Positions 53,601 to 64,000 of a DNA stretch of 64,000 nucleotides are shown piece after piece (within the stretch, counting starts at the first letter, position 1; each line of letters opens with the position of its first letter). The notes under the pieces were generated by a model. That model was not told the DNA's origin. It saw nothing but the letters and a program-made list of their open reading frames with translations, and did not search any database. This stretch comes from an uncultured bacterium (GTDB lineage: Bacteria; Fidelibacterota; Marinisomatia; Marinisomatales; UBA1611), in the NCBI GenBank assembly GCA_943788175.1, contig CALSPG010000005.1, positions 128,001-192,000 of the forward strand, given 5' to 3'. Both the position numbers and the translations under genes were made by a program.

Positions 53601-56322
53601 CACTACCGATGGTGGTTCTTCGTGGCAAACGCTTGCTGATATTGAACCAAGTTGGAAATGGGAAAGACAATATTTTGATTTAAGTTTTCTTCAGGGTTAT
53701 GAAAATGTTTCAATATCATTTCATAGTAATGATAATAATGATTGGGGTTCTGGTTTAATAATCGATGATGTATCTATTATCGAAAACTATACATTATCGA
53801 CATCATTCATCACTGGATATGTTTATAGTAGTAATGGAGATAACCCCTTAATAGGTGCTTCAATAATAGCGGTTGAAGAAAATAATTATTTTGATCATCA
53901 AACTATAAGCGATAGCACCGGATATTATTCTCTAGAACTTATTTCTGGAACTAACTATTATTTAAATACCAGCCTTTCAGACTATCAGGATAATGTTCAA
54001 TACGTTTCAGTATCTGATGATAGTCTTTATTTAAATATTTATTTAGATGATTTTCAAGAAGTTCAGGATGCAATAGTTGAAGGGAATGTAATTAACTGGT
54101 ACACAAACGAGAGCGTACCAAATGCTTCAGTTCTTTTTGTGTACTCTGATGACGAAATGCAGACCATAGAATTATTAACAGATGAGTCTGGGTATTTTAT
54201 GGCTCAGGTACCTAGTCAAAAAGATTATGATCTTTTTGTGTATGCTGATGGATATTGGGTGGAGCATGATGCTTTTTATCTAAATGAAAGCGAGCATCAA
54301 GTTTTAAGCGTAGGCATTGCTGAAATGTCCAGCGCATCAAGGTTATATGGAACGATAAGAGATGATGAAACAAATGAATTAATACCCTATGCAGAAGTTT
54401 ATTTGAACTGCGATCAAGCAAGTGACTGGGATCGTACAGGTCAACTAGGTACGTATAGATTATTTAATTATTACCCTGGTGATTGTGATAACGGTGTCTT
54501 GGTTGTCAATGCTCAGGGTTATGAAACGAGCTTACAATCTGTTAGCGATATTGAATTTGAAATAGGTGCTTCTATCAATAAAGACATCTCTCTTTCGCAA
54601 GGCAATAACCCTGAACCAGGAATGCTTTCTGGCACGATAATCTCAAACATAGATGACAATCAAATCCATGGAGCAATATTAAAAGCCTTTAGTATTAATA
54701 GTGGTTTACTCTATGAGACATTTACAGACAGCGGCTACTTTTCTTTTACGTTGCCCGAGTCTGAATATACCGTATCAATTAATGCAGACGGACATCAAGA
54801 AAAACTTGAAAGCATTTATGTTCACTCAGGGTCTCAACTAGACACAGTTATATATCTTGATGAAATATATTCAAACATTTTCTATGGTTTAGTTAGAGAT
54901 AATGATGGAAATCTTATAGATGGTGCGATAATAACTGCTCACTTTGAAGTGGACAATATTTCTTCGGAAATTTCAACTATTTCAAATACGGATGGTTCTT
55001 ATCAGTTAATTGTTCCTGATGGAACTTTTGATTTAGCTGTTTCTCGTACGGGGTATCAAATTTCATGGATTTATGATGTTTCCATTCTCGAAAGTAATAT
55101 TGAACAAGATTTTACGTTAGATCAAATTGGTTCATTTAATGGCGCATTAATGGGCTCAGTGTATTTCTTTGGTAACCTATCAGGTACGGCAACAATTAAT
55201 ATCTGGAATGATACTTATTTTGCTGAAGCTGTAACAGCTGAAAATGGGACTTTCTATATAGATCTCATAAATGGTACATATTCAATTTTTGCTGCAGCAA
55301 ATGGCTATACAAGCGTGGTTATTCCTGATGCAATAACAATCCAAGATAATGTAGTTAATTATGATATTCATTTTAGTCAGCCAGGCTTTGTTGAACCACC
55401 GGTAATATCATCCTTAAGTGATGTCCCGAATGATCAAGGAAGAAAGTTAGATATGTCATGGCTTCCAGGCGACCCTCAGGATTTTGAAAATTTTACCCAA
55501 TATTCTATTTGGAGAAAAATAACGAGCCTGCCTACTGGCTCACCAGAATTATGGCATTACATTGCAACAGAAGACTATGTGCAAGGTTCAGATATCTACG
55601 AAAGGTCTGTGCCAACTTTGATTGACGCAAACCCTGATACGGTTAATCAAAGTACTTTCATGGTTACTGCACATACAGAAGACCCTTTTGTCTTTTTTGA
55701 CTCCCCGCCATTTTCAGGTTTCTCAGTTGACAACCTTTTTCCAGAAGTACCTAGCAATATTAGTGTTTCGTCTTCGATGGCAGATAATTCAATGTATGAA
55801 GTTTCACTATCATGGTCTGAGGCGGGCGATGAAGATTTTGCTTTTTATAATGTTTATAGATCGGACATTAACAGTGACGAATCAGCAATGGTATTTCAAG
55901 TCGTTGAATCTACTTTTACAGATGTTGTTTCCGAGTGGGGTAATTATGAATACTGGGTAACGGCTGTAGATCATAATGGAAATGAAAGTGAGCCTTCTGA
56001 AATTGCGGGAATTCAATTGTCAGTTGAAGAAGAACTTATTCCAGATGAATTTGCATTAAGTCAGAACTATCCAAACCCATTTAATCCATCTACTCAAATA
56101 CGATATGCCTTAGCGGAAAATACAAAAGTGACTGTGACCATCTATAATATGCTGGGTAGTAGGGTTCGTACTCTTGTTAATAATTATCAAGATGCCGGAT
56201 TTAAGAATGTATTATGGAATGCAACCAATGACAACGGTGCCTCTGTATCTGCTGGTATGTATATCTATACAATCCAAGCTGGTAACTTTTATCAAGCTAA
56301 GAAAATGATTTTATTAAAATAA
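44675..56322 (+). CDS. Giant acidic secreted protein 2 (~3900 aa if frameshifts are repaired): 5 LamG, 9 NQDRI repeats, Ig/CBM-like, beta-helix, cleaved-adhesin-like, carboxypeptidase-regulatory repeats, FN3-like, CTD
   Basis: Signal peptide MNKLITK...LYS; ORFs 44618-44905, 44832-49253, 49803-50942, 51075-51308 and 51217-56322 join within LamG domains; a single CTD at the end. Confidence 0.75.
45400..49145 (+). repeat. Nine tandem ~135-aa repeats (F.K.D..DP....NQDRI...WI.R...SP.GT.W...S.HI......YFD..F..W....GGGFSY.R)
   Basis: Counted in the translation of 44832-49253. Confidence 0.9.
45843..48969 (+). repeat. Near-identical ~950-bp direct repeat (45843-~46800 and 48012-~48969, offset 2169)
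   Basis: Repeats 2-4 duplicated as 7-9, with long identical DNA stretches. Confidence 0.9.
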
Positions 56323-56338
56323 TTATATGGAGTTGAAC

Positions 56339-56746
56339 ATGAAAAAAATAATCATACTATCAACATCACTTTTATTAACGTTCGCTTTAGGGCAAAAACA
56401 GATTCCTGGAGACAATGGTGAAGGAAAACTATTTGATGAGAGATCAAATGGGAAGAAGTCATTAGCGATAGATACTGAAATGATTCAAAACATTAGGACT
56501 ATTAAGTCAATTAAGGAAAAAACATTTATTAAAAAACAAATAATGAACGCGGCTCCTAGCGAGAAAAAGTCTTTTAAAGTTTTAAATAGCGATAGCAAGT
56601 TTATGGCGATTAAGAAAATCATTGATCAGATTAAAAGTCAAGACCAAACTATTTCTTCAGAAAAAATAAATACAAATAAGAATAGTACAATATCTAAAGA
56701 TTCGAATAAGATAATTAATTACAAAAAAGGGAACAACACCAAGTAA
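56339..56746 (+). CDS. Small Lys-rich secreted protein (partner B)
   Basis: GGAG before ATG 56339, signal peptide MKKIIILSTSLLLTFALG; motif shared with 38862-39245. Confidence 0.8.
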   Translation: MKKIIILSTSLLLTFALGQKQIPGDNGEGKLFDERSNGKKSLAIDTEMIQNIRTIKSIKEKTFIKKQIMNAAPSEKKSFKVLNSDSKFMAIKKIIDQIKSQDQTISSEKINTNKNSTISKDSNKIINYKKGNNTK

Positions 56747-56766
56747 CCTGCTAAGGCTTTAAAAGC

Positions 56767-59700
56767 ATGAAGAAAAACTTAAATAAAATATTAATATTAT
56801 TTTTTGCAACTCTAACTATAGGGTTTTCTCAAAATAACTATTCTCTCAGCTTTGATGGGGTTGATGATTACGTCAATATCTCTTCTGGTGATGATTTTAA
56901 TGTATCTGATGATCAAGAATTAACTATATCAGCATATATAAAAACAAATGAAAATGGATATTTGTTTAATGCGGAATTTAGCTTTGGGTATTATTTTTAT
57001 ATTTCACAATCATCTGAATTAGCACTATGGTATAACGGCACAGGTAATGGTTGTGGCGCAAATACTGATATAAGAGATGGGGATTGGCATCATGTGGTTG
57101 CTTCATACGACGGCAATTCAATTAAAATTTATATTGATGGTCAATTAGATAACAATTGTGAAAATATGGGATCATTAGAATCTCGCGATGGTTCTATTGA
57201 TATAACAATAGGTAATAGACCTGGCTCTACTCATTTTAATGGAGGAATTGATGAGGTCTCAATCTGGAATAAAGCATTAACTCAAGAGGAAGTCGAAAAT
57301 ACTATCCAGGTCGAACTTAATGGCGATGAAGAAGGTCTAATTGGATATTGGAATTTCAATGATGGAGAGGGTACCACATTAACTGACTTAAGTGGCAATG
57401 GGAATAATGGTACAATCAGCGGTGCTACTTGGAGTAATGATGTGCCAATTTTGCCAACTCCACCAGTAATTGGCGGGAACAATTCATTTAGTTTTGATGG
57501 TGATGATGATAGAGTTGAATTACCTAATCAAATAACAGAAGGATTAACCAGTGTCACTTTCATGGCATGGTTCAATACTACAGATCATTCTGGTTATTCA
57601 AATATTGTCCAAGATGATGGGCCTAGCGGAGCTTTATACATACGGTATAATCCTGATGGTAGTTTTAAATATGTTTTTAAAGCATCGCAAGGTTGGAGAT
57701 CAATTTCAATTAGTCCTCCTTCTTACGGTGTGTGGCATCATGTTGCTATGAGCTGGGATGGGAACAATATAAAGGCTTATCTAGATGGGGAAGAAGTTGG
57801 TAGTTCTAGTGGGTCAGGTACAATGAGTGGTGGAGGGCCGATATATATTGGTAATTGGCAACAGCAAGAGGGCTTTTCAGGGAAAATTGACGATGTCCAA
57901 TATTGGAATATTGCTCTAAGTGAATCTGAAATTCAAACGCACATGAATACAGAGCCAACAGGAAATGAAGAAGGTTTAATTGGATATTGGAATTTCAATG
58001 AGAGTGAGGGATCTGAATTAATAGATTTAAGTGGCAATGGTTATAATGGTACGGTCTATGGTGCTACTTGGTCAGGAGATGGTGCGCCGGTTGAAGCTCC
58101 AGTTTTAGGTTGTACAGATCTATATGCTGAAAATTATGATTCTGAGGCGAATTCAGATGATGGCAGTTGTTCTGGACTACCCTGATAATGGAAACTATGC
58201 ATTAAGTTTTACTGAATCTGAAGATTATATTGAGCTGGCGGAGGATGGATTTGGCTCAGGTATTCCATTACTCTCACTGTTCTTTTTAAATCTTAATCAG
58301 CTCGATGACCTGATCAATAATGCAGCTGTCATTCACAGAGTGGGGATAGAAGTACTTCTGATTTTCACATCTACTATTATCAAATGGGATTAATCTCTTT
58401 TGGTGGGCACATGTCTGAACTAGCTGTGCAAATCAATCGGCAATACCCTTCGCAATTGGCTACAGGAATAATGGCTGGAATAATTCAGCTATTACATGGC
58501 ATGGTTTCAGCAATGGCGATCCTTTATAGGCGGTCGATATTGCGGAAGTCATTTATCCTCCGTACAATGCCACTGATGGTACAATGTCGATCGCGTACGA
58601 TTTACGATCTGGTGAGTACGGGTTCTAAGGAGATCTATCTGAAATGGATGAACTCCAGAGTATGGAATCAAGCTCTGGTTACTGCAGAATTACCCCTCTT
58701 TATCCAAATCAATAATTTAAATGATTCTGCATATGGTGGGCTACTGGAAAATGGATTCTGGTGAAGATGAAATCTTGTATGACCATTCTGGGAATCAAAA
58801 CCACGGATCAATTGTAGGAGCAACCTGGGTAGAAGTTACTTCTGGCTGCACAGGATCCCTATGCTGAAAATTATGATTCTGAGGCTAATTCAGATGACGG
58901 CAGTTGCTCAGGTTATCCAGATAATGGCCAATTTTCTCTGAGTTTTGATGGGATAGATGATTTGGTTCAAATTAATGAGCCTTTGTTTAACCCAAATGAA
59001 TTTTCAATTGTATTTTATATTAAAACTAGTGTGAATGGGAAACAGCTCTTTTGGAGCGGCAGGACAATCACTGCATCACAACATACAGAGAACTCTTTTA
59101 ATTTTGATTTAAATGAAATTGATAATTTTTATACAGGTTTTTTCAATAATAACGATGGTCAATCTTTATGGTCGTATCAAAATATATATGATAACGATTA
59201 TCATCAAATTGTAGTGACATTTGAAAATGGTTTAGCAAAACATTACATTGATGGCAATCTAACAGCCTCTACTGATCTTAATTTTAATTCAATTAATGTT
59301 ACTGATGGCAATTTCTCTACTATAGGCAGGGGTATTGGTCAACCAGGTATTTGGGGAGCAAGGTTTTATGAAGGTAATATAGATGAAATTATAATATTTA
59401 ATAAATCACTAACTGAATCAGATCTTCCTCAATTGCTATCTGGAATTGAATATTCTGATGATATATCAGGACATTATAAATTTAATGCTGGTAATGGTGA
59501 CATTCTATTCGATCACTCTGGAAATCAAAATCACGGTTCAATAAATGGAGCAACTTGGAGTGAAGATGTTTATGTCCCTCCAGCCCCACCGGTCATTGGA
59601 GGTAATAATTCACTCAGTTTCGATGGGGTAGATGACTATGTAGAGATAGATGATGCTGATATTCTTGATGGTATGAATAATTTAACATTACAAACATGGA

Positions 59701-62700
59701 TAAAATTTAATTCTTACAATGATTATTCGGGGGAAGAAAAAGCATACAACCTTATTTCTAAACAGCAATATGGGGCAAATGCAAATGCTGGAATATCATA
59801 TGCTTTATACACTCATCATGATGCAAATCAATTAACATTTCTTATTAGCACAAATCAAAATCAACAAAAAGGTGCAAATCTTTTTGATTACGAATCATTT
59901 ATTAATCTTGATCAATGGCATCATATTGCTGGCGTTTATGATGGTTCTTTTGTTTACCTTTATATTGATGGAAATCTTGTTGCGCAAAGCGATGTGATAA
60001 ATGGTGAAATCGTAGGCACTGGCTATCCCTTAAGGATTGCCTCTAATTTGGGGGTAGATAGAATCGCATTTTTTGATGGTTCTTTTGATAATACATCTAT
60101 TTTATCTACCGCACTAAGTAGTGATGAAATTCAAAATCATATGAATATCTCATTTTCTGGTGAAGAACAAAATTTAGTTGGTTACTGGAACTTTAATGAA
60201 GGTGATGGCACAACTTTTTCGGATTTAAGTAGTAATGGAAAATAATGGTACAATTTATGGTGCTACTTGGTCAGGAGATGGTGCGCCTGTTGAAGCTCCA
60301 GTTTCTGGTTGTACAGATATATATGCTGAAAATTATGATTCTGAGGCGAATATAGATGATGGCAATTGTACTGGATATCCTAATAATGGAGATTACTCTT
60401 TATACTTTGATAGAGATTTAGTAAACGTAGGTGAAATTGGAGACTACAGTTCACAGGTTACGGTAATGGGTTGGGTCAGAACTACAGATGATCAATCTTA
60501 TCATGCTATCATGTCAGGGGATTGTGGAAATATTATGCTTACAATGCATGGGGGTAAAATTCTTTTTGGTTCTCAATGCAGCTCGCCAATTCAGCATGAT
60601 ACATATGGTACCACCGATATAAACAATGGCGAGTGGTATCACGTTGCGGCAACTTATGATGAATATGGCGGAGAAAATAATCTTAAGGTTTATGTTAATG
60701 GTAATTTGGAAGGGCAGTCAACAAAATCTGGGCAATTCTCTGGAGCTACTGGAAACTTCGCAATTGGTAGTAGATCCGGTGGTGGTGAATACATAAATGG
60801 AAATCTGGACATGGTTCGTATCTGGAAGACTGCTTTGACTCAAGATCAAATTAAAGAAAATATGTTGTCAGTTAATGCATTAGTAGATGATGGTCTTCTT
60901 GCGGATTGGCAGGTTAGTGCCGGTGAGGGTAACATTTTATATGATCACTCTGGTAATGGTAATCATGGCTCAATAGACGGAGCAAGTTATTTTGGTGAAT
61001 TTCCTTCATTTGGCTGCATAGATCCTTATGCAGAAAATTATGATCCTGAAGCTGATGTAGATGATGGCGATTGTTCTGGATATCCTGATAATGGAGAATA
61101 TGCTCTTAGCTTTGGAGCAAGTCAAGATCATGTCGATCTAGGTGGTAATATGGATTCAGATGAGCAATTTTCAATTGCTACGTGGGTTTATATAGATGAA
61201 AACATTATTCCTCTTAATGGACAAAGGACATTTATAAATAAAGTTAACAGCTCAAACGGGGACAAGAGTATCTTCCTAGGTAGCTATCAGAGTAAGATTG
61301 GTTTTACCGTTCTTACAGGTGAACAATCAAATATTATGTATGGTAGTAACAACCAAAATGGTTCTCTGGGATTTACTGAAACTCCTCTGGTTCCAGGTTG
61401 GCAGCATATTGGTGCTGTATTTACTGGAGATAGTATGTTGGTATACATTAATGGTGAGCTTGATGCGAATGTCGTTGTATTTCAAAATCCTGGTTCAGTA
61501 AATGATTATGATAATTCTGTTTGGCATATGGCTGATGTATTAGGTGGTTCTGGTAATGTAGGTGGAAAGATTAGTTCAATGAGTCTTTGGAGTATATCTC
61601 TTCAGCAAACTGATATTCAAAATTTAATGTCTGAGTCTCCTGATCCACTTTCTGCTGGGTTAATGGGTATGTGGAAGTTTTCTGAAGGAGAAGGGAGTTT
61701 GTTACATGATCATTCTGGGAATGGGAATCACGGTACAATTACGGGTGCAACATGGAGCGATGATGTTCCATATGTAGGTCCTGAATGGTTTGTAAGTATC
61801 AGTGGTGATGATTTAAATATTGGTTCTCAAGATGAGCCTTTCGCAACTATCCAGCATGGAATAAATGCAGCGCATAATGGTCATATCGTTCTTGTCTCAC
61901 CTGGTACATATACTGAAAACATAAATTATAATGGTAGAAATATTCTGGTTATTTCAGAAATGGGGCCGAGTGAAACAATTATTGATGGAGGTCAAAATGG
62001 ATCTGTTGTTACTTTCAATAGTGGTGAAACAGATGCAGCAACATTAGACGGTTTTACTATTACAAATGGACTCACAGAAAATGGTAATGGAGGCGGAATT
62101 TTTATTGATAATTCAAGTCCAAATATTTTCAATGTAATTGTTGAAAATAATCATGCAAATAGTGGCGGGGGTATTGATCTCAAAGGGGAAACTCAAACGG
62201 TTATTTCAAATAGTATCGTACGCAATAATTCCGCAGAGTGGGGAGCAGGAATTTATTGCCACTCAAATAGTCCAACGATTGAAAATGTAGTGGTTAGTAG
62301 TAATCATGCTACTGTGAATGCTGGAGGTGTTTATGCTCGCGAATATGCTTCCCCTACTATAATAAATTGTACAATCGTTAATAATTCAACGGATGGACAA
62401 GGTGGGGGAATTTTAACGTGGTTTAATTCTACCGTTGATGTGAAAAATTCTATTATCAGAGATAATTATCCTAATGAGTTAGGACATGTCTCTGGTGGTT
62501 CAGTTACACTAAATTATTCAAATATAAGCGGAAACCATGAAGGCTTTTCAGGGTCAAATAATATTAATGCTGATCCTATGTTTTGTAACCAAAGTAATAA
62601 TGATTTTCGAATTACTCAGAATTCACCATGTTTTGGTGCTGGTGAGTCAGGAATAGATATTGGCGCTATTTTCGACGGTGATTACTGTCAAGAACCATTT

Positions 62701-64000
62701 GTTAATCATTCTCTCAGCTTTGATGGGGTGGATGACAATGTTGAACTTGCGAATAGACCAATTACTGGAAGTGTAGATGCCTTTACAATTCTTACCTCTT
62801 TTAAAACAAATAGGTTGAATTCCGATCAACAAATTATTTATGAGCAGTGTGGTAATTATAAAGATTATTCATTATCACTAAATAGTAATTATCACGATTC
62901 TGAAAACCCTAACTCTGATTACACATTAGGATTTTATTTAGCCGTATCTCAAGGAGGGCAGGGGCATGCATACGCTCCTTGGAATCAATTAGTGAGAATA
63001 CTTGGCATAAAGCAGCGATTGTATGGGATGGAGCATATGTTCATATTTATGTAGATAGTGTTTTAGTCTCCACGATAAACTATAACATCGGAGGAAGTTT
63101 TGATATGGATGCTGCTCCTGAGGATGGTCATATAGGATTAGGATGTGTTGATAATCTACCTTTTGATGGTAATTTAGATGAAATTTCATTTTGGGATAGA
63201 GCTTTAACAAATGAAGAATTACTACTTTATATGTCCGAACCACCATCAGGGAATGAAGAAAACTTATCTTCTTACTATAATTTTGATGAAGGCGAGGGAA
63301 CTACCTTAACCGATTTAAGTGGTAATGGAAACAATGGAATTATTAATGGAGCTTTGTGGGATAATTATGGCGCACCAATTGGTCCGACAGGCGGCGAAAA
63401 CAATGAGCCAAATATAAATGGAAGACTTTCTGGAATCATTTCAGCATCGTCTGATAACGCTTTATTAGAAGGTGCTCATATTATAGCTATTTCAGAAGAC
63501 AATAGTTTTAGTGCTGAAGTATATAGTGATACAAATGGTACATATAGTTTAGATCTTGTCGGCTCTTTAAATTATTTTGTTAATATTTCTTATGAAGGGT
63601 TAGTAGATCACAACGAATATCTTTATGTCGCTCCTTTCGAAGAGACGAATCTCAATGCTTCCTTAAATGTACTTGAAGACGCTATTGTCGAAGGTACGGT
63701 TACAGACTGGTATACGAACACACCGTTAGCAAGTGCATCGGTACTCCTTGCTTACACAGATGAAGAAATGGAAACAATTGAATCTATGACAGATGAGAAT
63801 GGTTATTTCATGGTTCAAGTACCAGGTGAAAAAGATTATGATTTATTTGTGTATGCGGATGGATACTGGGTAGAGCATGATGCCTTTTTTCTAAGTTCTG
63901 GTTCGCAGGAAGAAATAAATGTTGGTATTGCTGAGATGTCTTCTGCCTCCAGGTTGTACGGAACAATTAAGGATATTGAAACGAATGAGTTAATTCCGTA
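56767..64000 (+). CDS. Giant acidic secreted protein 3 (3'-partial, frameshifted): about 8 LamG, beta-helix, carboxypeptidase-regulatory repeats
   Basis: Signal peptide; fragments 56767-58185, 58962-60245, 60235-63054 and an open frame ~63160-64000 paralogous to 54065-54390. Confidence 0.75.
58057..60351 (+). repeat. 96-bp direct repeat at LamG junctions (58057-58152 and 60256-60351)
   Basis: 4 mismatches in 96 nt; encodes YGATWSGDGAPVEAPVxGCTDxYAENYDSEAN. Confidence 0.85.

Noticed and set aside
4012-63246. Many 60-155-aa ORFs nested in or antisense to long genes
   Set aside because: No motifs or RBS; shadows of recognised genes or off-frame products of error patches
1-64000. CRISPR arrays, IS elements, prophage or defence genes
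   Set aside because: None seen; the repeats found are protein-coding

Overview
Low-GC bacterial DNA, most likely a marine FCB-group heterotroph such as Ca. Marinimicrobia (inferred from gene content and the YPNPFNPST...KMxLxK C-terminal sorting domains). 1-26 kb holds housekeeping and catabolic genes: lpxH, an Omp85/metallopeptidase fusion, radA, tgt, manC, a Phe/Tyr degradation route (phhA, an aminotransferase, hppD, hmgA, FAH), tryptophan dioxygenase and tRNA-Asn. It also holds a peroxiredoxin (BCP/PrxQ) whose catalytic codon is an in-frame TGA followed by a hairpin, i.e. a probable selenoprotein that the ORF track truncates. 26-38.6 kb holds S9 peptidases and a TetR / TonB receptor / HmuY-like / YbaN uptake unit. 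38.8-64 kb is a cluster of three paralogous giant acidic secreted proteins (about 1500, 3900 and >2400 aa) built from shuffled modules, including a ~135-aa domain I do not recognise that is repeated nine times. Two of the giants are directly preceded by a small Lys-rich secreted protein, and these two small proteins share a 20-aa motif. A signal-peptide Ni-SOD lies between giants 1 and 2. Single-base frameshifts suggest long-read errors, but the dense error patches coincide with individual LamG modules.
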